Origin: Octopus sinensis
Lineage: Eukaryota
NCBI RefSeq assembly: GCF_006345805.1
Contig: NC_043011.1
Location: forward strand, 61,764,464-61,828,463
Reading direction: 5' to 3'
DNA length: 64,000 nucleotides
The position numbers and the translations under genes are program-made. The notes under the pieces were generated by a model, which saw nothing but the letters and a program-made list of their open reading frames with translations, was not told the origin of the DNA and did not search any database. This document shows positions 23,928 to 37,312 of the stretch, in pieces (the first letter of the stretch is position 1; every line of letters begins with the position of its first letter).

Positions 23928-26815
23928 GTCTGACGTGTTGTCACATCTGATCCGAAGGTAATCGTTTATCTTGACCCTTTATAGCCCTCCTTTTTTTGTA
24001 CATTTTTGTAAATAAGGTGTGTAAAGCACCCAACTTTCATTTGAGTGTTTTACCAAGGGAGGAATTTGCCCCTAGGGGCAGTTTCAAACCTAATTAAATT
24101 GTATATTTTTCTTCTCGACATTAATAATGACGAGAAATGTTATTGTCGAACGCTGGTCAAATTCCTTCATGGACCAGCATTTCCCTAGCCTTGAAACGCT
24201 AGGAGAAAAAAAGAACTCCTGCACGCACACACATTCTAATAGAACAGACATGACAAGTAAAAAATCGAAGAGAAACCTGAGTGACATGGAAGTGAACGCT
24301 GCAACCACTTCCGTTCACAGCCCTGTCACCACCACCACCACCACCAACAAGACTACCACTGCCAATACCACCACCACCGTTTTCCTAGCCTTGAGACGCT
24401 AGGAAGCTGCCACTGCCACTACCACCACTACCACCACCAACACCAACACCACCACCACAACAACAACAACAACAACAACAACGATATCGTCGTTTTGCCG
24501 TCTACCATAACTGCCAACAACAACACCACTACTACAACCTCAACAACTACAAATGACACCTCTGCTACCAACACTACCACCAAAAACAAATCAAATTTTG
24601 CACAAGCATTAAAACAAAAACAGACAATACTAAATTTCACAATAGATCAAAAGCCCTCTTAACTCAAGAAGGTTCACATCTATGCTTAAATATACCACAA
24701 AACATCATAGACGCCACACAAGAGAGAACAATAATATACAAAGTCTTAAACGCAAAAACACGCAGACCAGAATAAGCGCAACCAGAACTCATCAAAAAAT
24801 GTTTACGCCCGATATGGGCATGTAAAAATTATATAAATTGGTGGAACAAATATGCCACAATACAGGTTCGCTTCGACAGCGAAGAAAGAGCGAAAGAACT
24901 TTCGTCGCTCACCTTACAGCGGGAAAAACTCATTTTAATTCCGACCTACCTTGGTCAACGCGTGATCAAAATTTCGATAAAAAATGTCCCTCCAGAAGTA
25001 GAATCACAATGGCTGTTGTCAGCCATTTGCTATAAAATGGAGGAGATTATAAATATCCTTGAATTTGCTGCCTTTGAGCAAAAGAATTGGTCGGGGGAAA
25101 AGATTCAGTTATTGAGGCAAATAGATCAAAACCAAATCAATAACATCCCCCACCAAATTGAGCAGCCAGACGGCAATAACCTTTACGTGGTGGTAGAGGG
25201 TAGGAGGAACACCTAAGAAATGATTGCCCAACAGCAAAAAACAACAAAAATCAGAACAAGAATAACAGCCACAACAAGGAAAAAGTGCAAAGAAAAAAGA
25301 ACCACTACTACCCACACCACCATCAGCACAGAGGACAAGCAAGGGGATGTACGAAACCAAATACGCGAACACCAACAAATAAACATACAACAGCATCTGA
25401 AAAAACACCAACAACAACAGCAAGAACTAAAGAAACAGTAAAACCAAAAGACAATACAAAAACTGATTCCCCTTCCCCCACATCACACACACCACACACA
25501 AGCAGTCAACAACCAACATCAACGAAAAGAACAACACAACCAATTACGCAAACACACATTGAAACCTACAACAAGCCCCTACACACTTCCGATTCCTCGG
25601 AAATTTCGTCGGAAACGAAAGTACTGAGGACTGGCAAATAACCAGAAAAGGAAGGAAGAAAAGGAGCAAAAAAAGAACCAAACAAAACAGGGATATATAC
25701 AACTCCCGAAGACATCTCAAACCCTACCACAAACAATATCAACACCACAAAAATATATACAAAGAATATGCTCACAGCCATAGACACCAAAAACACAGAG
25801 TTGTTGAAATGCATCAACACAAACACAAACATTACAGAAAACGACATTAAAACGAACAACCACCCACACGCAACACCACCAGAACACATAAAAATTTACC
25901 ACATATCACCAACATTGCACCACATACTAAGGTCCCTCTATCCCAATGCGGTAGGGGTATGTCATAAATATTTATACAAAAAAACGTACAATAGCCTCCT
26001 TGGTGAAAAATCAAAGGAGGAGACAAATCTTTCGAAAGGTAAGTAACTCTCTGTTCCTTTCGTTTGTCTTTTAAAGCACACAACTCAATAGGATCATGGT
26101 CAAGATTGGTACTGTGAATGCACGTGGCTTGGGGTCCCCTTGGAAACAAGGGTACCTTTTAAATGACATCACGTCACGTGATTTGGGAATCATAACAATA
26201 AGTGACACCAGACTCCATGAACCGCAGGCCCTAAAGTCCATGTCTGGCGGACAGTTTAACATTTATTTTTCTCCCTATCTGCCAAGGATGGGCGGTAGTG
26301 GCACGGCGGAACTTTTTCGCTAGAGTCTGGATCTCGAAGTAAAGACGATAGTTGTAGACCCGGGGGTAGACTGGTTGTCCTGGATGTCGACGGCAGCGAT
26401 GGGTGCGCTTTCGACTCCTAGCAGTCTATGCACCGCCTTTAACAGGTCGGCCGGATTTCTTTCGACGTCTAGAAGTATTCCTGGGAACGTCTCGTCCTTT
26501 ACTTTTAGTGGGGGGTTGGAATGCTACATTGGACGCGCATCTAGACTACGTGGGGAGAGGAAAAAGAGACGGGGATGCAAATGCCTCGGAGACCTGATCA
26601 GACGCTTTCACTTGTCTGACAGGTACCAACTCGACCACCCGAATGCGCCAACGTGGACATGGAGCAACCGCATCGGGTCGTCGAGATCAAATCTAGATAG
26701 GATACTATGCAGGACAGCAGATAGGGATAGCTTAGGATGTCCACAATTCCACATAGTCAGTTACACACATCACAAACTTGTGACGTGTACGCTAGACTTA
26801 GATAAGGCACTTAGG
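23928..26815 (+). mobile_element. Second Tx1-clade element (decayed ORF1 + endonuclease), lacking its 3' part
   Basis: MVKIGTVNARGLGSPWKQGYLLND at 26096 matches the ORF2 start of element 1, and the ORF1 C-terminal half also matches. The 5'UTR and ORF1 N-terminus differ. It has stops and frameshifts and ends abruptly just after the endonuclease. Confidence 0.88.
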
Positions 26816-27588
26816 GCTTAGTAAAATAAATTACTTTGCCACATACTGAACTTAGTAGAAATAGCAGCCCCAAAAATTTTTTTAGCCATTTCTACTACTT
26901 AAAGAAAATTTCTCTCAGATAATGTTTACTCCAGACAGCTCACGAAGGTTTGGAGGTAAATACAGAAAAATATCACAAGTACATAGATCGTTTGAGTACG
27001 TCAACGTTTCAAGATTAGCCAAAAATCAGCATTTCTATCGTCAGCTCAAAATTTCTTAATTTGGATTTGGAAACACTAAAAAGAAGGAACTTTACCTATC
27101 GGCGAACTTGTCGCTTCAGATGAACCAGCTCCCACTGCCAGTGCCAACAAATTCAAAATGCGCAGGCGTAAATTTCTGCACTCCTTTTCCACCCACGTGG
27201 TCTATCTAGCAAACACTATATTTTAACCGCGAGAACCGAGGCAGTATGACAGAGAGAAATGAATTATAATATCAACAATTGAGGGTAAAATTAATTAATC
27301 AATTTCACCAAGTGTTCAGTATGTAAAAGGACCATTTAAGGCGAATTCAAAATATTACATTATATAATTAGGACTTAGTAAAATAAATTACTTTGCCACA
27401 TACTGAACTTAGTAGAAATAGCAGCCCCAAAAATTTTTTTAGCCATTTCTACTACTTAAAGAAAATTTCTCTCAGATAATGTTTGCTCCAGACAGCTCAC
27501 GAAGTGTGGAGGTAAATACAGAAAAATATCACAAGTACATAGATCGTTTGAGTACGTCAACGTTTCAAGATTATCCAAATTAGCCAAA
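26811..27588. repeat. About 210-bp direct repeat (26811-27022 and 27368-27588)
   Basis: CTTAGTAAAATAAATTACTTTGCC...CAAGATTA..CCAAA occurs twice, 557 bp apart. Confidence 0.93.
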
Positions 27589-27639
27589 GTGCCCAGAAGC
27601 TGCCAGAAATTATACTTTTAGCAAGGAAAATTACTGCAT
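27584..27639 (+). CDS. Copy B, exon 3, 3' part (PKCPEAARNYTFSKENYC; ends phase 2); 5' boundary uncertain
   Basis: CPEAARNY matches CPEAWKEY in copy D. The GTAAAT donor falls at the same phase after the final Cys. An in-frame TAG lies at 27581-27583. Confidence 0.6.
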
Positions 27640-27995
27640 GTAAATATCTTTTTATTCCAACTATTATTTTTCATTTAAAGTAGCATTGCATCATAATCTC
27701 TTAAAAACTAAAATTTATTTATTGAGCATACCGCTAGAAGTTGTTTGTCAGAGTGTGGGACAATTTAAATAGTAAACCCACGATCAGACGTCATAAAACA
27801 AAAAATTCAAATTATACCACGAAAAGACTTGCCCACAAACATCAAACATATAACACCATACATTTAAAAATGGCACACATTTTATCAACTTCGGTATGAT
27901 TTCTTCTCTGTCGCAAAAATTAATACGAAATATTGCCAGATATATTCAGTATAATTTTATAAAATAATATCGACCGAATTCTGTTTCTCTTGCAG

Positions 27996-28093
27996 ACGTA
28001 TATTAAGGTTTATGGCATGTGCTAAGAAGATTGAAGATCTGAAGTGCATTAAGCTGCTGGATGGTTATTACAAGTTCATGAAGTTCTGTCCTT
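27996..28093 (+). CDS. Copy B, exon 4 (RILRFMACAKKIEDLKCIKLLDGYYKFMKFCP; phase 2-1)
   Basis: tttctcttgcag|98 nt|gtaaga; Cys spacing identical to copy D exon 4. Confidence 0.72.
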
Positions 28094-28558
28094 GTAAGAG
28101 ATTTATATTTCTTTGTAATGTATGGTAAGAAATCGCGAAGAAGTGCGCTAAATTAGTGATGGTGTAAATTGAATTACAACAAAATTGAAATTTCCTTTTA
28201 GTTCATAATGAAAAGGTTAAAATATTAGATATTTTCGATATAATTGATACTTAAACAAACGATGAAGCATCAAAGATCTGATTAGTCTATTGTGTTTTGC
28301 CTGCTCCTATTTTTTTTAATAAGTTGTTTGGGTTAAATGTAGATACAAAGAAAGATTCAGGTTGATATAAAACGTGAAGTACCATTATAGGAGAATTTAT
28401 CAGGTTTGCAGGAATGCAAACGTAGAATGGGAAAATAACTTCCACCAACCCCTGGAATCTTTCTGTTTTCACTTCTCGCTAAACAGCTCGCTAAGGTTTA
28501 ATTCATTTCTGAAGTATCAAATCAAAAATTAATTTTACATAACTTATATCAATTCCAG

Positions 28559-28563
28559 TATAA
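28559..28563 (+). CDS. Copy B, probable terminal exon (L-stop)
   Basis: Acceptor aattccag| resembles the copy D terminal acceptor; gives T|TA TAA. Confidence 0.4.
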
Positions 28564-29121
28564 GAAATAGAAGTTCATATGATGTTTCGCTTTATTCTAC
28601 CACATTAAGAAGCACGTTATTAGATATAAAATACTTATTTGCCTGATGGAGGAATTGAATATTAAATCAAAAGTATATATTGATGTATATATAGAATATT
28701 TATGAAAATACATTTGTATTTTTTATTGGTACTTCATTTTCACAACGTTTTCAGTTGAATATTATTAGTACGGTCTAGACGTACCCTAGTCTAAATGATA
28801 GTTGACAGTTAGACTGGGTTAACAAACGTAATAATATCTTTAATATATACCAACAGGATACTATTACTGAGATATCTGTAATATCTGATTTCCACAAAAT
28901 GTATCATAGATATTTGTTATTAAATGTAATGTAGTTTCTACACTCCTGGTGTAACCGAGTGATACATACATACATACATACATACATAGAACATCGTAAT
29001 GATAGAAACAAAATAGTAGTAGTAGTAGTAGTAGTAGTAGTAGCAGCTGCAGCAGTAGTAGTAGTAGTAGTCGTAGCAGCATCAGCAGTAGTTGTAGTAG
29101 TAGTAGTGGTGGTTGTAGTAT

Positions 29122-29190
<69 letters not shown>

Positions 29191-29322
29191 GAGTAATGAC
29201 AATACATACATACATACATACATACGTACGTATGTATGTATGTATGTAGGTAGGTAGGTATGTATGTATGAAAGTATGTATGTATGTATTTTGTATATAT
29301 GTATATGTGTATGTATAGGCGC

Positions 29323-29462
29323 AGTAGTGGCTGTGTGGTAAGGAGCTTGCTTCCGAACCACATAATGCCGGGTTCAGTCCCACTGCATGGTATCTTAGGC
29401 GAGTGGCTTCTACTATAGCCTCGTGCTATAGATTTGGTAGACGGAAACTAAAAGAAGCCTAT

Positions 29463-29513
<51 letters not shown>

Positions 29514-29563
29514 TCATATACATTTACATACATGCATGCATGCATACATACATAGATATATAT

Positions 29564-29617
<54 letters not shown>

Positions 29618-29835
29618 GTATATATATGTATATGTATGTATGTATCTTTGCTTGTCTCCTCACCATCGCTTCACAGCTGATGTTGGTGTGTTTACGTCCC
29701 CGTAACCTAGCGGCTCGGCAAAAGAGACCGAATGAATAAGTACTAGGCATACAAGGAGCAAGTCCTGGGATCGATTGTTTCGAATAAAAGCGGTGCTCCA
29801 ACATGGCCGCAATCATATGACTGAAACAAGTAAAA
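29323..29835 (+). mobile_element. tRNA-derived SINE (family 1) with internal (TA)n
   Basis: A box TGGCTGTGTGG and B box GGTTCAGTCCC; shared core and tail with the copies at 48.1, 53.3, 60.7 and 62.1 kb. Confidence 0.85.
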
Positions 29836-29854
29836 GAGTAACTAAAAAAATGAT

Positions 29855-29889
<35 letters not shown>

Positions 29890-30084
29890 CCGCGTGTGTA
29901 CCGTTGGCGATTTTTCCTCTCTGTCTTCCCTTCTCTGGATCTTTCCTTCTCCTATGTTTCCGACGAAGAGCTCCGCTCGAAACGTTAAACCCTCCTTCTT
30001 CCCTTCTTTCCTGAGCGTCCAATAATACTATATTTGTTCCACGTCCTCGCGCTGTTGTGTTTTTTTGTGTTTTCTTGTTTGGAT

Positions 30085-30141
<57 letters not shown>

Positions 30142-30399
30142 CATTTTAAATAACAGACAAGTAGTTTCATTTCAACATCTTTTTTAATCTGAAGCAGTTT
30201 TAAAATTAATATTATGACGAATTGTTTCGTAACTTAAAAACATATAAATGATTTATATTATTGTATTTAATATAGTATTGTATTGCGCCTAAAGTGAGGC
30301 TAAACGTGTAAACAGCCAACCAAAAGGCAACGATTAAGAAAGAGATTCCATTAACGAAATAGGGGTAAGTTCCACTTTAAGTTTACAAAAGAGACCTCA

Positions 30400-31100
30400 T
30401 ACACTTTAGACCCCTTAACAACAACGTTTCCTCGGGAAGACACCTTCTCCTCTCCCTTCCACCCGACCTACAGGCGCACACGTAGAGAAGGCCCATTCAA
30501 ACGGGCCATTCTTGTCACATTCATTCACCTTTCAGTGAACTTAATGGGCGACAGTACCTCCTTATCCAGCCTCACTTTCCTTTTGAAGTGGAAACTGAAA
30601 AAGTCAATGAGGCCTTGGCCAAAGAGGAAGTTTTTCACCATTTCTATCGAGTTCACCACTCAACTTCTTTTGCCATAGCCACCAGACAGAGAAAAATTTC
30701 TCCCCCATCCCGGCCAAAGGAGGGAGGCGGGGTGATCTTCGCAATGGACTGGGGTGATAGCCAGATCCATCCTACACGTGACAATAACTGTTCGACAAAT
30801 TTCCATAAGTCAGCAATGGGCCGACAAACGTCAACCTCTTTGCTAACACCTTGGCCAAAATTTTGTAATCTGTATTTAGCAGAGTTATCGGCCTAAAGTT
30901 GTCAACAGTGTCCCCCCCTGTTCGGATTCTTTCTCAGCAGCGTCACAACACCTCAGCTCACAGATCAGGGTATTCTCCCGTTCTGCTTCCAGTTGCGGCA
31001 GACGTCTACCAAAAGCTCACCAAGCAAGTCTGGCATATGTATATAAAGCTCGAAGGGCCGACCACCCAATCACGGAGAGATCTCCCTCGTGCAACTAGCG
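30400..31100 (-). mobile_element. Decayed Tx1/L1-type RT fragment
   Basis: 30830-31100 aligns by eye to 2400-2670 (GCTAACACCTTGGCCAAAATTTT...TTTCTCAGCAG...CAAGTCTGGCATA). Confidence 0.7.
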
Positions 31101-31325
31101 AACGTTTCAAGTATATATCTTCACTTGTATCACCCCCAAAATGGGGCTTTGGTTAATAAACTGTAGCCCCCAGGAATACAGGTGACTCGCAAAACGATTT
31201 GACCAATAGAGTACAGTATAGAACATTTTAAAACAAATGAATAAAACAGAAACATACAGCGCACTACAAACCACACCTTTTGCTATGGCAGTAATACTAC
31301 TACTACTACTACTACTACTACTAAA

Positions 31326-31375
<50 letters not shown>

Positions 31376-31385
31376 TAATAATAAT

Positions 31386-32649
31386 AGACAATCAACAAGA
31401 AGAAGAAACAATATTGCGCAAATACATAACAGAAAAAGATTTACCTGACGCAAAAGAAAAGCTAAAGCAAGACATCCTTGCCAAAGCACAAAGGATCCGC
31501 CGGCATGAGAGACGCCAACGTTTCTTTGGAAAGCTACTATAAAATAACCACCATAGGACTGCAAAAATATCTACTTCAGAAGGAAGGAAAACTGATCCAG
31601 ATAGCGGCAAAACACGAGCAAAACAAAAAACTGTTCTCAGTATTTAAGGAAGCTGACAAATACAAACAAGAAATCATACCACCTAATAAACATGAAGAAG
31701 AAGAAGAAGGTGAAGAAACAACAAAAGCTATAAAACAAATAAAATCCAAACTAAAAATAGAACAGCAACGAACCATGATAAAACGATGGCAAGAAAAGCC
31801 CCTTCATGGTAAATACTGGACTAAATTAAACGCAAAAGAAATAGACAAAGAAAAATCCCAGCAATGGTTGAGAAGCTCAGGACTCAAAGTAGAAACAGAG
31901 GGATTTTTAATTGCAGCACAAGACCAAAGCCTCCCCACCAGAAATTACCAAAAACATGTAATGAAAAGAAATATTACAAGTAACTGCAGAATATGTGGAG
32001 ATGGACAAGAAACAATAAATCATATTATCTCTAGCTGCCCAGTCTTGGCTAAGAAGGAATATATTCACAGACATGACAGAGTTGGAACCTACATACATTG
32101 GAAGCTATGCCAAAATTATGGAATAACAACAGAAAAAAGATGGTATAGGCACACACCAGAAAAGGTCACAGAAAACGAGAAAGCAACCATACTCTGGGAT
32201 ATGCCGATACACACAGATAGAGAAATTAAGGCCAACAGACCAGATATAGTTGTCAGAGATCATGAAGAAAAAAATGCTTTCTAATTGATGTATCAATACC
32301 GGCAGATGACAACGTGTCTCTAAAAGAAATGGAGAAACTCTCAAAATACAAAGACCTGGAAATAGAGGTAACTAGAATGTGGAATCTGAAAACAGAAACA
32401 ATTCCTATCATAGTAGGTGCATTAGGCATGATAACAAAATATTCAGACAAATACATAACAAAAACACCAGGACTTACAAACACATATAACATACAGAAAA
32501 TTGCACTACTAGGCACTGCACACATCCTACGCAGAACACTTTCCATACAATAACCATCAGAGCATCACAACAAATCACAGCACATACCCAAGGCACACAG
32601 AGCTGTGCTCGGTAGTGAAGTGAAAGCACGCTATAAAAATAAAACTACC

Positions 32650-32650
<1 letters not shown>
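31386..32650 (+). mobile_element. Dong/R4-like RLE-type non-LTR element, internally deleted, with intact 3' end, between (TAA)n tracts
   Basis: CRICGDGQETINHIISSC zinc finger, RHDRVG, KANRPDIVV...LIDVSIP...EKLSKYKDL restriction-like endonuclease; one frameshift near 32270. Confidence 0.88.
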
Positions 32651-32712
<62 letters not shown>

Positions 32713-32723
32713 TAATAATAATA

Positions 32724-34590
32724 GACAATCAACAAGAAGAAGAAAAAATATTGTGCAAATACATAACAGAAAAAGATTTACCTGAGGCAAAAGAAAGGCT
32801 AAAGCAAGACATCCTTGCCAAAGCACAAAGGATCCGCCGGCATGAGAGACGCCAACGTTTCTTTGAACAAAACAAACAGTTCAACTCCAACCCCCTAAAA
32901 TTCAACAAAGGCTTGCCAAAAATAAAATAGACATCTATGCAGCACCAACAGCAGAAGTGGAAGAATTTTGGAAAGAAATATGGTCGGCGAAGGAACAACC
33001 TCAGAAAAGGACTATCAAAACAACGAACTTAGCAACTGAACAACTCTGGACCTCTCTAACAACTGAAGAGGTCACCTAGTAATATCGCAGAGATTGTTTC
33101 CAGAAGAGCAGAAGGGATGCTGCAAGGGCTCATATGGCTGTAAAGATCAACTAACAATCAATAAAGCCATAACTGAAGACAGCCAAGGAAAGAAGAAAGC
33201 CCTCAGTATGGCCTGGATCGACCACAGAAAGGTGTTTGATAGTATTCCCCTCACGTGGATCCTCGAAACACCTGCCATGAACAAGGTAGCACCAATAATT
33301 ATAAAAAGCATAGGACACTCTATGAATAAATGGCAGACAGTGCTACAGCTTCAAACAAAAGAGAGACTCGTGAAAACCAAAGCCATACTCATTACAAGAG
33401 GAATATTCCAGAGAGACACACTCTCTCCACTCCTTTTCTGCTTCGCACTAACACCTTTATCTCACATGCTAAATAGTACTGGATGCGGATACAAATGTTA
33501 CGGCAAAACAATGAACCACCTTTTATATATGGATGACCTAAAAGTATACGCTGCAAATGACAAACAGCTGGAAACACTATTAAAGACATTTCATGGATTT
33601 ACCAAAGAAATAGATATGAAATCTGGATTAGAAAAATGCGCCAAAGTAACCCTGAAAAGAGGAAAACTAGTTAAGAGTAGCAACATCACACTAGATAAAA
33701 CCAATGAAATAAAAGAATTAGATCAAAGCCAAACTTACAAATACTTAGGAATCCATGAACTAGATAAGACACAACACACACAAATGAAAGAGAAAATAAA
33801 GAAAGAATACTATAGACGAGTTAGACCTATACTGGAAAGAGAGCTCAACGCTAAAAACAAGATAACATGTATTAACACTTTAGCCGTCCCAGTTATAAGT
33901 TACAGCTACAATATCCTTAACTGGAAACTAAATGAACTAACCAAAATAAACAGGAAAACAAGAAAAATAATGACAGGATCTAGGATGCGGCACCGTAAAT
34001 CTGACATAGAAAGGCTATATATACAACGTATGGAAGGTGGTAGAGGCCTTATACAGCTGGAAAGCTCTTATAAAATAATCACCACAGGACTTCAAAAATG
34101 CCTACTTGAGAAGTAAGGAAAACTGATACAAATAGCCACAAAACACGAGCAAAACAAAAACTGTTTTCTTTATTTAAGGAAGCTGAAAAATACAACAAGA
34201 AGTCATACTACCGAACAATATTAGAAGAAGACGAAGAAGAAGAAAAAGAGAAGTAGAAGAAGCACGAAGAAGAAGAAGAAAGAAGAAAGAAAGAAGAAGA
34301 AGAAGAAAGAAGAAGAAGAAGAAGAAGAAGAAGAAGAAGAAGAGGACGAGGAGGAGGAAGATGAGGGGGAGGAGAAGAAAAAGAAGAAGAAGAAGAAGAA
34401 GAAGAAGAAGAAGAAGAAGAAGAAGAAGAAGAAGAAGAAGAAGATACAAAAGTTAAGTATAAAACATGAAATCCAAACAGAAACTAGAACAGCCACGGAC
34501 CATGATAAAACGATGGCAAGAAAAGCTCCTTCATGGCAAATACTGGGCTATACTAAATGCAAAAGAAATAGACAAAGAAAACTCCCAGCA
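32724..34590 (+). mobile_element. Second Dong/R4-like copy carrying the RT (ORF 33094-34116), 3'-truncated
   Basis: EEQKGC...WIDHRKVFDSIP...GIFQRDTLSPLLF...HLLYMDDLKVY; first about 143 bp shared with 31386-31528; (GAA)n expansion at 34225-34445. Confidence 0.88.
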
Positions 34591-35234
34591 CGCACACACA
34601 GACATAAAGCCATTAATACAAATATATCATGCATTTTAGATTAACGACATTATAAGCAATTTCTTCAGTCATGTGATACAGTTTACTATATGCACAACAC
34701 CTAATAAATTTAACGACAATTGATATATTACATGATATATTCGACTAGTACAGAAAATGTAATATTGCAGTGAAGTGGTTACATTAATTTCAGAAATACT
34801 ATTGTCAACTTAACACCAACACTCAATACTTAATTATGTACAAGAAAACTTCTTTGGTTAATGTGAACTTAATTCCCTCCAATACAGATGTTGTAATAAG
34901 CATTCTTTTCTATTCTCATTACAGTTTATATTCCTGTCAATTCTGAAGTTCTGAATAAGAAGAGTAAAAGAACCAATACGTGTATACATAAATAAAAATA
35001 TGATAAATATATTGGTGTTGTTTTGTAATTTTGGTTGTGGAAACACGAGAAAGGGATTTCTATTGAATATCTGAATTTTGAGTCAAGTTAGACTTGGGGA
35101 CGAGATTTGTTGTGTGCGTGGGATGTCCGTGAGTCTTAACTGTGTAATTAAGTGTAAAGATTTAATGACACTTAACAACAATGAAATGCTGACTGAACGA
35201 AAAACATAACAACAACAACGATAATAATCCTTTC

Positions 35235-35450
35235 TAAGGCGGTGAGCTGGTAGAAACGTTAGCAAGCTGGTCGAAATGCGTAGCCGTATTTAATCTGCCG
35301 TTACGTTCTGAGTTCAAATTCCGTCGAGGTCGACTTTGCCTTTCATCCTTTCGGGGTCGATAAATTAAATACCAGTTGCGTACAGGGATCGATCTAATCA
35401 ACTCACCCCCATCCCCAAAATTTCAGACCTTGTGCCGAGAGTAGAAAAGA
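35235..35450 (+). mobile_element. tRNA-derived SINE (family 2)
   Basis: AAGGCGGTGAGCTGGTAGAAACGTTAGC...GAGTTCAAATTCC... Confidence 0.85.
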
Positions 35451-35554
35451 ATAATAATCGTTTTTAGTATGAGCCCAAGGCCTTAAATTTGTGGGAGGGG
35501 GATAGTCGCTTATGTAACTGGTACTTATTTGATCGACCCAGGAAGGATGAAAGT

Positions 35555-37312
35555 CAACAAAGAGAAATTTTTACTACTTGGAATTTCTCATAAAATTGTA
35601 CACAGAGCAAACTGACCGAACCGACCACTGGCAGAGTAAATACTGCAAATATTACAAACTTTATTATTTATGGTGACACCTCAATGAGCTCGTTCCGGGG
35701 GTCAGAATGAGAAAGGAAAATAGGCGGAGGAGCAGCAGGACAGAAATGGCGGGAGAAAAGAAGGGGCGATATAGTACAACATCATTAAAAGGGAATAAGA
35801 TAAACTACGGGTTGTAAATAAAATCAACATTCTTTTGAAGATTTGAAAAGGGTTTAAGGCAGACATCAAAAGGAATAAAAGAGATGACAAGGGGGCAGTA
35901 TGCTCACAGCCATATATACATGTATACACATTTATATACCCACACATACACATGCATAAATAAATACATGCACATACATAGATATACACACATATATACA
36001 CATATACATATATCCACACACATGTATATATACATACCTGACACACACACATATATACACATATAGATACACCCATGACACACACACATGCACACACGCA
36101 CACTCACACACATATATTTATATACATAAGTACAAACATACATGCATACACGTACATATAAGTCGACATATTGATACATATCCATATACGCGTGCATGTA
36201 CATGCACGCTTACGCACATACGCGCACACACACACATACACACAAATATACTTATACAAACATTTGCACCTATATATCTATCCATTCGCACATATTTTAC
36301 TATCACCCCCCAAAAAAAAACAAAATATATACCTGTGTCTATCGGTACACACATAAAGAGTGTCCGAATGCACCTACGATTACAATGCTATCCAATATAA
36401 GAGTAATATAATTATATTAAAATATGTTTAAATATTTAGACATGATAAAATTTTTAAGAGAATGGGGCGAGAATAGGCGTGAGTTGCCAGAAATGCTCAC
36501 GTAAGCTGAAATACTGCCTAATACCGTCAAATTACATCCGATATAATATTTCCAACATATAATCTAGGGAGCAGGGCCGCGGCCTTACAATATTGTCTAA
36601 GTTAACTTAAAGTTGATTATGTAATCTTACTTTGAAGACAAGAGATGTTCTGCCTATGTAGGTGAAGGTATTAGTATTGGTTTTTATGATACATATGTAA
36701 ACGATATTCATTGTGAGACAACTGCATTCAAGAGGACATTTAGCTCGGTCTCGACAATTGCATTTCTTCGGAGTCGTATCATTACCATTTATGTCATATC
36801 TATTATCATTATTACTATTACCATAATCAGTTGGCGAGCTTGAAGAATCGTTAGCACACCGGGAAAAATGCTTAGAGGCATTTCGTCTGTCTTTGAGTTC
36901 TGAGTTCAAATTCCACCGAGGTCAACTTTGCCTTTCATTTTTCGGGGTCGATGAAATAAGTACAAATTACTCACTGGAGTCGATGTAATTGACTCGCTCC
37001 CTCCCCCAAAGTTTCTGGCCTTGTGACTATGACAGAAAGAATTATCCTTATTAATGTAATTGTCTCCGTAGATCCTGTTGTTGTGGTTCGTCTTCTTCTT
37101 CTTCTTCTTCTTCGTTTACTTCATTTTCTTCTTCATTTTATAATTACTCGATTTAAAGCTGTCACCGTTATTATTACCGCTGTTATTACTAACATCATTG
37201 TTCCTAATACTATTAGTTCTATTATTACCGCAGTTGTATAGCTCAAATTATCAATACCAATGTTAATCCATAACAACAAATTACATCAATTTCGTTCACA
37301 TTATGGATGATA
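35555..37312. repeat. Inverted duplicate of 16555-18636, truncated before the promoter and exon 1
   Basis: Reverse-complement match. The left breakpoint joins a SINE fragment through shared AAGTC(A/G)AC. The (GAA)n tract is much shorter here. Confidence 0.92.
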
